Assembly: GCA_965203805.1 (NCBI GenBank)
Contig: OZ241917.1
Span: 1,792,001 to 1,856,000 of the forward strand
DNA: 64,000 nucleotides
Direction: 5' to 3'
From: Candidatus Latescibacterota bacterium
GTDB lineage: Bacteria; Latescibacterota; UBA2968; GCA-2709665
In this document: one piece after another, positions 30,967 to 39,446 of the stretch
How the letters are laid out: each line of letters starts with the position of its first letter
How positions within the stretch are numbered: position 1 is the stretch's first letter
The notes under the pieces: generated by a model
What the model was told of the DNA's origin: nothing
The model's database searches: none
The model's input: only the letters and a program-made list of their open reading frames with translations
Translations under genes and position numbers: made by a program

Positions 30967-32268
30967 ATGAACAGGACATCAATATTGAGCACTGTTCTTC
31001 TAGTGGCGGCTGCCTTGTTCGCACAGGCCGCCCGTGCTCAGGACTACAATCGCTGGAGCCTGCCCGATGGCGCCCGCATGCGTCTGGGCAAAGGAACCGT
31101 GCGCGACGTGGCATGGTCGCCGGACGGAAACCGTCTGGCAGTGGGAGGCAGCATCGGCATCTGGCTCTACGATGCCCGCACCGGGGCGCAGACTCGCCTG
31201 ATCACAGGCCATTCGTTCCGAGTCAATGCGGTGGCGTTTTCGCCGGATGGATCAACGCTGGCCAGCGGTGGCACCGACCTCAGAGTGCAGTTGTGGGACA
31301 CGGCCACAGGGCAAGATATACGCACCCTCACGGGACATACCGCGTCGGTCAGGTCGGTGGCGTTTTCGCCGGATGGCGCGACGCTGGCAAGCGGCAGTTT
31401 CGACGGGACGGTGCGGGTGTGGGAGGTGGCCACAGGAAAGGAAAAACACGCCCTGTCGGGACATTCGCGGTTTGTCTGGTCGGTGGCGTTTTCGCCGGAC
31501 GGGAAAACGCTTGCAAGCGCGGGCGGCACCGACCTTACGGCGCGGGTGTGGGACGTGGCCGCAGGGCAGGAAAAACACGTCCTGACGGGACACGCGGCCA
31601 TCGTCTATTCGGTGGCGTTTTCGCCGGATGGCAGAACGCTGGCAAGTTCCAGTCAGGACAGGACGATTCGGTTGTGGGACGTGGTCACAGGGAACGAGAA
31701 AAATACGCTCCCAGGACATTCCCGCTGGATCTATTCGGTGGCGTTTTCACCCGATGGGACGACGCTTGCAGGCCCCGATGGCGATGGTACGGTGAGGGTG
31801 TGGGACGCGGCCACAGGACAGCTTATTCGCACCCACACCGCATATAAAGAGAGTTTCTTGTCGGTGGCGTTTTCGCCCGACGGGGCAACGCTCGCAACCG
31901 GCAGTCTGCGCAATCCGGTGTGGTTGTGGGACATGGCCACAGGGCAGGATATACGCACCTTCACGGGACATACCTTTCCGGTCAGTTCGGTGGTGTTTTC
32001 TCCCGATGGGAAAACGCTGGCAAGCGGCAGTTACGACGGTACGATATTGCTGTGGGATGTCTCGTCACGCGCCGCACTGCAACCCCTTGTCGCAGACTTC
32101 GACGGCGACGGGGCCGTGGGTTTTTCCGACTACCTGCAATTCGTCGCGAAGTACGGGCTGAGCTGGGGAGACGCGGGATATGACGCGCGCTTCGATCTCA
32201 ACGGCGACGGTACCGTCTCGTACGGCGACTGGACGATCTTCAGACGCAGCTTCGGCCGGGGTGGATGA
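30967..32268 (+). CDS. Exported WD40-repeat protein (8 repeats) with C-terminal dockerin/EF-hand-like domain
   Basis: Signal peptide ending ARA-QDY, 8 xSPDG.TLA...WD repeats, ADFDGDGAVGFSDY...FDLNGDG; GGAGG RBS before ATG 30967. Confidence 0.93.
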   Translation: MNRTSILSTVLLVAAALFAQAARAQDYNRWSLPDGARMRLGKGTVRDVAWSPDGNRLAVGGSIGIWLYDARTGAQTRLITGHSFRVNAVAFSPDGSTLASGGTDLRVQLWDTATGQDIRTLTGHTASVRSVAFSPDGATLASGSFDGTVRVWEVATGKEKHALSGHSRFVWSVAFSPDGKTLASAGGTDLTARVWDVAAGQEKHVLTGHAAIVYSVAFSPDGRTLASSSQDRTIRLWDVVTGNEKNTLPGHSRWIYSVAFSPDGTTLAGPDGDGTVRVWDAATGQLIRTHTAYKESFLSVAFSPDGATLATGSLRNPVWLWDMATGQDIRTFTGHTFPVSSVVFSPDGKTLASGSYDGTILLWDVSSRAALQPLVADFDGDGAVGFSDYLQFVAKYGLSWGDAGYDARFDLNGDGTVSYGDWTIFRRSFGRGG

Positions 32269-32399
32269 GGCGCGGGCGCTGTGTTAGACACAGGTCGCGA
32301 CAGATCTGCATTATTGAAAGGAATCCAACCCCTTCTGGCGGGATTCCGGCACGGGTGCTGAAGCCTTGACGGACATCTGTCTTAATAATCCATCGATCA

Positions 32400-32680
32400 C
32401 CCGATCCGACCGCGTCCGGGAAGGAGGTGATTTTTGAATCAACGTCATTAAACGTCCAACCGCTGCACGTCATTCCAGTTGAGGTGATCGGCTGTGCATG
32501 TGGCCTACGCCGCTCATCGACCTCGCCGAATTCTGAAAGGAGGTGATATCTGAATCCACGTCCTTAGACGTCTTACCGATTCACGTTTTGGCGAAATTGC
32601 AGGGCTCGGAGCAGGTGATGAACTGAGACTTTGCGCAATGAGAGATGTCGATCAATGTGGCCGATCATTGAACACCGGGG
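32400..32680 (+). repeat. Leader module B: paralog of module A (micro-ORFs 32427-32546, 32543-32626)
   Basis: AAGGAGGTGAT at 32421 and 32537, same 116-nt spacing as module A. Confidence 0.75.
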
Positions 32681-32725
32681 CGCCGCTTGTCGCCATCACT
32701 CGCTCAATGTCATAACAAGAGCCAT

Positions 32726-32785
32726 ATCAATCACGGTCTCTTCATGGGTTTAATCAGCCTTTAATCACCGTAATCACTTGAATCA
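32726..32785 (+). repeat. AATCA-rich conserved element, copy 3 of 4
   Basis: atcaatcacggtctcttcatgggtttaatca...cgtaatcacttgaatca, ending ~20 nt before the ATG at 32806. Confidence 0.85.
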
Positions 32786-32805
32786 CCTTCAGGGAGAGTA
32801 TTTAG

Positions 32806-34377
32806 ATGAAAAAGCTAACGATTTTGGGCCTCATTTTTCTCTCGACGTCCGCCTTGTTCACACAGTTCACCCACGCGCAGGACTACAATCGCTGGCGCCT
32901 GCCAGAAGGCGCCATTATGCGTCTGGGCAAAGGGTACGTGTGGGACGTGGCATGGTCGCCGGACCGCACGCGCCTGGCCGTCGGGGGTACCGCCGGCATC
33001 TGGGTCTACGATGCGAGCACCGGAGAGGAAGTTTCCCTGATCACTGGACATTCCTTCAGAGTCAATGCCGTTGCGTTTTCACCCGATGGTCTGACGCTGG
33101 CAAGCGGCAGTCGCGACGATACGGTGCGGTTGTGGGACGTGGCCACAGGACAGGAAAGAAGCATCCTCACGGGACACAGGTACGACGTCGAGGCGGTGGC
33201 ATTCTCGCCGGATGGGACGACGCTGGCAAGCGGCAGTCGCGACGGCACGGTGCGGGTGTGGGATGTGGCCACGGGGCAGGAAAAGAGCACCCTCGTAGAT
33301 GAAAAGTACCGGGGCAACTTGAATAGCCCCTGGGTCGTGTCCGTGGTGTTTTCACCCGATGGTCAGACGCTTGCAAGCGCCAATCGGGACACGACGGTGC
33401 GGGTATGGGACGTGAACACGGGGCAACAAAAACACACGCTCACGAGACATACCGGGAGGGTATGGTCGGTGGCGTTCTCGCCCGATGGCAAGACACTTGC
33501 CAGTGCAAGTCTCGACAGTACGGTGCGGTTGTGGGACGCGGTCACAGGGCAGGAGAAAGACACCCTCGAAGGACATACGGGCACCGTAAGGACTGTGGCG
33601 TTCTCGCCGGATGGGAAGACACTGGCGAGTGGTGGCGGCTATCGCGATGAAACGATGAAGCTGTGGGACGTGAACACAGGACAGGAGAAATATACCCTCA
33701 CAGCACATACCGATGATGTCTCTTCGGTGGCGTTTTCCCCCGATGGTCAGACCCTGGCAAGCGCAAGTCACGACCAAACGGTGCGATTGTGGGATCCGGC
33801 AACCGGGCAAGAAAAAATCACCCTCACAGATCACACTCAGGCGATCCAGGGGGTGGCGTTTTCGCCCGATGGGGCAACGCTGGCAAGCGCCGATATCAGG
33901 GGTACGGTGCGGTTGTGGGACACGGCCACCGGGCAGCATTTGCGCACCCTCACTGGCGATAATTTCCGTTCGTTGGCGTATTCGCCGGATGGGATGACGC
34001 TGGCAACCGGCAGTGCGCATAAGGCGGTATGGCTGTGGGACGTGGCCACAGGGCAGAATATACGCGGCCTTACGGGACATACCGATCCGATCAATTCAGT
34101 TGTGTTTTCGCCCGATGGCAGAACGCTTGCAAGCGCGAGTTACGACGGTACGATTCTGCTGTGGGATGTCTCGTCACGTGCCACGCTGCAGCCCCTTGCC
34201 GCCGACTTCGACGGCGACGGCACCGTGGGCTTTACCGACTTTCTGCAATTCGTCGCGAAGTACGGGCTGCGCTGGGGAGATGCGGGATATGACGCGCGTT
34301 TCGACCTTGACGGCGATGGAGAGGTCGGGTCCTGGGATTGGCGGATCTTCGGCCAAAGCTTCGGCAGGGGTGGATGA
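32806..34377 (+). CDS. Exported WD40-repeat protein (10 repeats) with C-terminal dockerin/EF-hand-like domain
   Basis: Signal peptide ending THA-QDY, 10 SPD repeats, ADFDGDGTVGFTDF...FDLDGDG; paralog of 30967-32268. Confidence 0.95.
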   Translation: MKKLTILGLIFLSTSALFTQFTHAQDYNRWRLPEGAIMRLGKGYVWDVAWSPDRTRLAVGGTAGIWVYDASTGEEVSLITGHSFRVNAVAFSPDGLTLASGSRDDTVRLWDVATGQERSILTGHRYDVEAVAFSPDGTTLASGSRDGTVRVWDVATGQEKSTLVDEKYRGNLNSPWVVSVVFSPDGQTLASANRDTTVRVWDVNTGQQKHTLTRHTGRVWSVAFSPDGKTLASASLDSTVRLWDAVTGQEKDTLEGHTGTVRTVAFSPDGKTLASGGGYRDETMKLWDVNTGQEKYTLTAHTDDVSSVAFSPDGQTLASASHDQTVRLWDPATGQEKITLTDHTQAIQGVAFSPDGATLASADIRGTVRLWDTATGQHLRTLTGDNFRSLAYSPDGMTLATGSAHKAVWLWDVATGQNIRGLTGHTDPINSVVFSPDGRTLASASYDGTILLWDVSSRATLQPLAADFDGDGTVGFTDFLQFVAKYGLRWGDAGYDARFDLDGDGEVGSWDWRIFGQSFGRGG

Positions 34378-34420
34378 GACACGGGCGCCCTCACTCGCTC
34401 CAGGTCGTCACAGGAATCAC

Positions 34421-34483
34421 ATCAATCACAGTCTCTACATCGTGGGTTAAATCATAGTCCACCATCGTATTCACCGTGAATCA
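34421..34483 (+). repeat. AATCA-rich conserved element, copy 4 of 4
   Basis: atcaatcacagtctctacatcgtgggttaaatca...cgtattcaccgtgaatca, just before the AAGGAGG RBS of 34505. Confidence 0.85.
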
Positions 34484-34504
34484 GCAGGTCAAAGGAGGCA
34501 GAAA

Positions 34505-35683
34505 ATGGATCGTGAAGACATCAGGGAAAGATTGGAAACGCTGGAAGCGAGGCTGCGCTGGCAGAAACGGGCAATCGCAGGTCTGGTCGTTGTTTTCCTA
34601 TTCAGCGCGTCGCCGGCATTGACGCAGGCATCGAAGTGGTTTGGTAGTATACTGCCGTCTAAGCTGGCTTCACTAAACTTTCGAGACGGAACGCCTACAG
34701 CCGACGTGCGATTCGACGAACTTTCGCCAAACGAGCCGGAAATCCCACTACCGGAGACCGGTTACGGCGGACTGAGCAAGATCGCTCCTGAGACAATCGC
34801 CGATGCCGGAGACACATTGCGGGTGGGTGAACTTCAGATCGTAAATGCAAGTGGCGCGGTTGTCGCAGCAATCGGGGCGGGTCAGTCCGGAAATGGCGCG
34901 CTGGTGATCAGGAACAGTAATGGCGACGTGGTGTCCGTTGTGGGCGTCGATTCCAGGGGGAACGGTACCGTGGGGCTCCTCAACGCGGCAGGTCGGATCA
35001 CGGCCGCCATGGGCGCGGATCGGACGGGTGACGCCAATGGCGTCGTCGACGTCAAGAGCGCAACGGGTTCCGCGGCGGCACTCGCCTTTGATGGGGTCGG
35101 CGACGCTGCCATCACGGTGTTCAACAAAGACAAAAAGGTGGTTTCCGGATTCGGCATCGACAACATTGGTAATGGAGCCCTTCGTATTGCGAACGCGGCG
35201 GGAAGATTCATTGCCGCAATTGGCGCCGATGACACGGAGGAGGCCAATGGATGGATGGATGTCAGAAATGCGTCAGGACCGGCGGCGGGCTTGTCCGTCG
35301 ACCGGGACGGAGACGGCCTTGTTATCGCGGGAAACCGGAACAACGATGAGGTTTCGATCATGGGCGCGAATGAGAATGGACACGGCATCATCGGATTCAA
35401 GCACGCGTCAGGGCGGGTTGTCGTTGGCATGGGGGCCGATTCGACCGGCGCAGGCGTGCTGAATATCGAGGGCGGCAGATTCCGGGCCTTTCTCGATGCC
35501 GACGGCAACGGAGTCGCGAAAACCCTGGGGCAGAACGGGAACCTTCGCTGGACCTCTGAAGTGTCTCCAGACCGTGACAGCGGCACATCCACGGGGCTGA
35601 TCGGGGATTTTGATGGTAATGGCAAGGTTGATTTCGCGGACTTTGTGACATTCGCCAGAAATTTCGGCAACTCCAGTGGATAG
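34505..35683 (+). CDS. Membrane-anchored/exported Gly-rich beta-repeat protein with C-terminal dockerin/EF-hand-like motif
   Basis: Short coiled coil plus hydrophobic segment, ~23-aa GxG-(h)x(h)-N..G repeats, GDFDGNGKVDFADFVTFARNFG. Confidence 0.8.
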   Translation: MDREDIRERLETLEARLRWQKRAIAGLVVVFLFSASPALTQASKWFGSILPSKLASLNFRDGTPTADVRFDELSPNEPEIPLPETGYGGLSKIAPETIADAGDTLRVGELQIVNASGAVVAAIGAGQSGNGALVIRNSNGDVVSVVGVDSRGNGTVGLLNAAGRITAAMGADRTGDANGVVDVKSATGSAAALAFDGVGDAAITVFNKDKKVVSGFGIDNIGNGALRIANAAGRFIAAIGADDTEEANGWMDVRNASGPAAGLSVDRDGDGLVIAGNRNNDEVSIMGANENGHGIIGFKHASGRVVVGMGADSTGAGVLNIEGGRFRAFLDADGNGVAKTLGQNGNLRWTSEVSPDRDSGTSTGLIGDFDGNGKVDFADFVTFARNFGNSSG

Positions 35684-36113
35684 TGAAAGCGGAGTCGACT
35701 CGCTGATCGGTGCATATGCCAGCAGTCCCGAACTCGCTACCGAATCATGACAGCCAGAACCGAAGAATCCTCATGCCGTCCTTCGTCATCCGCTCTCAGC
35801 TTTCAGACGCGGAACCCTCCCGTGAGGCCGTCTATAAGTGTGCCAGGCATGGAAGGGTGCGTTGCTTCGGACGCGACGACGGACGCGGGGTCTCTCAATA
35901 ATCAGCATTGGCCGCGGCTCGCCGGAATCGGCGCCAACCGCTCGCTCCGGAACACCGGCGCCGTCCGGCTCCCGCGGCCTGACCGTGGCAAGACCACCCT
36001 CAGCGCCAAGAAGGTCGACCCTCGATCTCAACTGCAATGCAACGCAATACAGGAGGGGCAACTGAACGGTAAGATTAAACCGGAGCAAGTGTTCGGATCG
36101 GTATCCTATCGTC

Positions 36114-36149
36114 GAAGCCCTGCTTGAGCGAGCAGGGCTTCTGTCTTTT
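36114..36149 (+). terminator. Intrinsic terminator-like hairpin
   Basis: gaagccctgct-tgagcg-agcagggcttc followed by tgtctttt; lies between convergent units. Confidence 0.7.
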
Positions 36150-36171
36150 CGGGGGATGAATTCCGGCAGGA

Positions 36172-36945
36172 TCAAACGGACTGTACGCTCCGATGGAACG
36201 CAACGAAGAAGTCGGACACCCCGCTTACGATGATATCCAGCATGGCACGCCCGTCTTCGACGGTGGCCTCCGCCGGATTGTCGGTGTAACCCACGCCCGA
36301 CTGCCATTCGCCGTGGACCTGGACAACAGCGCCCGAGAGGCCAACATCCAGGCCGGCGTCGTCGTGCACGTCGCCGCTCATTGCGTCCAGCGCCTCCCGG
36401 TTCACCAGATCGGGCCGTATTGCCATCATCATCGCCGCTTCGAATCGCCCCGCATGGCCCGGGATAACCCGGGACGGCATCACTTCGGTAAGCGCCTCAC
36501 GTGCGATGTTCCAGTAATCGCCGGTTGCCACGGCAGCCGGATTGCCCAGACGGTTCACGAAGTCCTGCCCCACGAGTCCGTTCGGGTTGGAATTTCCGCC
36601 GTGGCCGTTCAACACCACGAGCCGTTTGAATCCGCTCCGTACAAGGCCGTCGAGAACGTCGGTGACGGCCCGGACGAACGTGGTGGCCCTGAAAGACAAC
36701 ACCCCCGGAAACGGATGGTGATGGTGGGAGTTGCCGAATTGCAGCGTTGGCGCCACCACGACAGGCACGTGTTCGTTTGCGCGGACGGCGGCCTGGCGCG
36801 CAACCGTCCCGCATAGAACGGTGTCCGTACACACAGGCAGGTGAGGTCCGTGCTGCTCGATCGCCGCCGTGGGCAGCACGGCCGTGGCCGCAGGCGCAAC
36901 CTCTCGAATCTCCTCCCGGGTCATCTCTGCAAAAAGGTAAGACAC
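36172..36945 (-). CDS. Creatininase-family amidohydrolase
   Basis: EQHGPHLPVCTD, GNSHHH..FPG, LNGHGGN, GHAGRFE; AGGAGG RBS. Confidence 0.92.
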   Translation of the reverse strand: MSYLFAEMTREEIREVAPAATAVLPTAAIEQHGPHLPVCTDTVLCGTVARQAAVRANEHVPVVVAPTLQFGNSHHHHPFPGVLSFRATTFVRAVTDVLDGLVRSGFKRLVVLNGHGGNSNPNGLVGQDFVNRLGNPAAVATGDYWNIAREALTEVMPSRVIPGHAGRFEAAMMMAIRPDLVNREALDAMSGDVHDDAGLDVGLSGAVVQVHGEWQSGVGYTDNPAEATVEDGRAMLDIIVSGVSDFFVAFHRSVQSV

Positions 36946-36996
36946 ACACAATCCTCCTGTCGCGGTAGAAATGTGACGAATTCGGGAGATGCGAAA

Positions 36997-38469
36997 CTAA
37001 ATCTCCTCGAACGGATACAACGGCCGGCGGCGATGGCGGAACTCGAACTTGCGCATATCCGCCGCCGTTGCGCCGGGTGTGTCCACGCGAATCAGGCGCG
37101 TGCATACGGGCGCGTACGCCGCCACGGGCGAATGCACCCCCTTGGCGACGATGACGTCGAACGCTTCCGGTCGCAGATCGCAACTGGTCATCACGCCCAG
37201 GCTTACCGGTACGACGCGACGGGACGTCAGACTGATCGTCAGGCCCGTGTCGGTGTCCACCACCGCCGTCTGTCCCATGTCGAACGCCGTCCGCCCGCCA
37301 TGGCGGATCTCGGACTCCCGAAACCGGCCGCTGTAGACGCCCCGTACCGTGACCGGCGCCTCCAGAGGCGGGCCGTGCATTTCATCCGTCTTGCCGCCCA
37401 TCCTGAGCGTCACCCGGCTGCCCACCCCCGCCTCAGCGGCCTTCGATACGGATTCCCTGTCGTACAGACATACGAATCCCCGAGAATCCCCGCGCCTGTG
37501 CAATTCGTGCGCCAGCAGGGTCCCGTCCGCGGCCGACCCGCCACCCGTATTGTCACCCATATCCAGCAGGCAGACCGGGCCGTCCGTCCCCAGCGCCATA
37601 TCCACCGCCTCCGGGATGCCGATAAACTCACCTCTAAAGTCGCTCCGGAAGGTGTGGAGATGGTCTGCGATTTCTCCGGCAACGGCTTGCGCCAGTTCCG
37701 GATCACCATCCGTCACGGAGATCATCGCGGCGCCCATTTCCGGCACGTCGGCGTAGGGGAATCCAAGTACGATGCTATTCGACAGCACACCCGGCCGGTT
37801 CAGGAGGTCATCCGCCAGTTCGTACATCGGCCTGCAGGGAGCGGCGCCCGTCAATTGCCGTTCGATATTGATGGCAATCGGCGGAAACGCAGCGGCCTGG
37901 GTGGGTTTGATCTCGCCTCGAAGCGTCCGCGCCATCAGGCGCGACGCCTGCACACCCACCTTCTTCTGGTCGAGATGGGGATTGCTGCGATAGGCGATCG
38001 TCGCGTCGCAGGCCGCGATCATTCTCTCGGACAGATTCGCGTGCGGATCGATCGTGCAGATGATGGGCGTCTCGTCTCCAACCGTGCGCCGCAAACGGGA
38101 CAGCCAGTGTCCGTCCAGGTCCCAGTAGTCCTCTCCCTCACCCACGTTCGCCCCGTGGGGCGCCACCAGCCAGCCATCCGGTTTCCCCGCGCGTTCGACC
38201 TGCTCGAACATTATCTGCATCAGCGCGTCGCAGGTGTCTTTCGTAATCCGGCCGGAAGGCTCGGTGCCGGCGTAAAACAGCGGTACCGGTTCGATACCCG
38301 ACTCCGCCAGCCCGGCGAAGAATCCACTGATTTCGTTCAAGCCATCCTTGTACGCGACTGCCACCTCTTCACCCGTGAGAATGCTGCCAGACCGGAAATT
38401 CTCCAGTGTGGTGGGCGTTCCAATGAATGTATTCGACTCGTGCATCAATGACAGGATGCCAACGCGCAT
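36997..38469 (-). CDS. M81-family metallopeptidase (MlrC-like)
   Basis: MHESNTF, PHGA, DPHANLS, YRSNPHLD, DMGDNTGGG, VAKG; start inferred. Confidence 0.92.
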   Translation of the reverse strand: MRVGILSLMHESNTFIGTPTTLENFRSGSILTGEEVAVAYKDGLNEISGFFAGLAESGIEPVPLFYAGTEPSGRITKDTCDALMQIMFEQVERAGKPDGWLVAPHGANVGEGEDYWDLDGHWLSRLRRTVGDETPIICTIDPHANLSERMIAACDATIAYRSNPHLDQKKVGVQASRLMARTLRGEIKPTQAAAFPPIAINIERQLTGAAPCRPMYELADDLLNRPGVLSNSIVLGFPYADVPEMGAAMISVTDGDPELAQAVAGEIADHLHTFRSDFRGEFIGIPEAVDMALGTDGPVCLLDMGDNTGGGSAADGTLLAHELHRRGDSRGFVCLYDRESVSKAAEAGVGSRVTLRMGGKTDEMHGPPLEAPVTVRGVYSGRFRESEIRHGGRTAFDMGQTAVVDTDTGLTISLTSRRVVPVSLGVMTSCDLRPEAFDVIVAKGVHSPVAAYAPVCTRLIRVDTPGATAADMRKFEFRHRRRPLYPFEEI

Positions 38470-38796
38470 CTTCAGTTTTCCCCTTGGAGTACCTGCGACG
38501 TCCGTTCCGGACCGGGGGGACGGCCGTTGCAGATCCTTGTTAAGATTCCGGAACGGATCTTCGACAGGTCTGTCTGTTCCGCGTTTCCGCTCTCTGGAAA
38601 TCCAAATCGCAATATAGACGTTGCGGCATTTGAAATCAAACGGTTCCATTTGCCGGCCCCGGCGCGGGTCCCGTGCCGCATCAATGTGCCCTTACCAACT
38701 AAATAAACAATCCTTATGTCCTTCTGTCCTAAGTGGCATTATAAACAAAAATATAGTTTTTGTGTCCTGTAGACAAAAATATCTAATGGATTCACC

Positions 38797-38825
38797 TTGC
38801 CAATACAGGCCGAGTACTTTATATT
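38797..38825 (+). promoter_or_regulatory. Putative sigma70 promoter of the CBS-korAB operon
   Basis: TTGCCA-17 nt-TATATT in an AT-rich divergent intergenic region. Confidence 0.55.
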
Positions 38826-38928
38826 AAAACCAGATTAGATAAGTCCGGCTTATTGTTGGGTGTGGCATGCATCGGCGATGCCGGCGCCGCAGCGCCCGTT
38901 TGGCGCGCATTGAATCCGGAGGAACCAG

Positions 38929-39396
38929 ATGGACCTTAAAGAGAGTATTCAAACCGCTCCGGTTACCAAGGTCGACCTTTCGTATTACGTCGAGACGGAA
39001 CAGGGCACACGAGCCGACGATGTACTGCAGAAGATGAAAGCCAGTCATCGGAAGTGCGCACTTGTGATGGAGCACGGCCGCCTGGTCGGTATCTTCACCG
39101 AGCGCGACATCATGAAAAAGGTGGCGGGTAACCCGCAAAGCAGCGATGCGCCGATCGACGACCTGATGACACCCGATCCCGAAACAATCGACGCGGACAT
39201 GAACATCCTGGACGCGACGAGGGTGATCGCCTCCAACCGCTACAGGTACATGCCCGTGACGAACAAAGAGGGCCGGGTCCTGGGGACATTGACCTATTAT
39301 GCCATAATCAAATACATTTGCGATTATTTCCCACAGGAAATCTACAACCAGCCGCCCGTGCCGGACGTGTTTGCCAAGGCCCGTGCCGGCGCCTAG
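38929..39396 (+). CDS. Stand-alone CBS-pair protein
   Basis: LVGIFTERD, MTPDPETI, YMPV...VLG; GGAGG RBS. Confidence 0.9.
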   Translation: MDLKESIQTAPVTKVDLSYYVETEQGTRADDVLQKMKASHRKCALVMEHGRLVGIFTERDIMKKVAGNPQSSDAPIDDLMTPDPETIDADMNILDATRVIASNRYRYMPVTNKEGRVLGTLTYYAIIKYICDYFPQEIYNQPPVPDVFAKARAGA

Positions 39397-39446
39397 CCGA
39401 GTGATTTTTTTCCAGATCCGCGTCCCAAATGTACCGGGAGGTCCAG

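Noticed and set aside
29726-32547. AAGGAGGTGAT motifs as 16S rRNA 3'-end fragments on the minus strand
   Set aside because: Similarity stops after the motif; the expected CCAGCCGCA continuation is absent
30967-34377. Diversity-generating retroelement acting on the WD40 genes
   Set aside because: No reverse transcriptase in the window, and differences between paralogs are not adenine-specific
29414-34483. Four-copy element as a CRISPR array or integron attC series
   Set aside because: Spacing is 0.6-2.7 kb and irregular, copies are divergent, there is no attC-type palindrome, and no cas or integrase gene is in the window
36841-38451. Long antisense/shadow ORFs (this one, 60029-61804, 46791-48104, 49417-50670 and similar)
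   Set aside because: They overlap well-supported genes on the opposite strand, have no family motifs, and are expected in high-GC DNA
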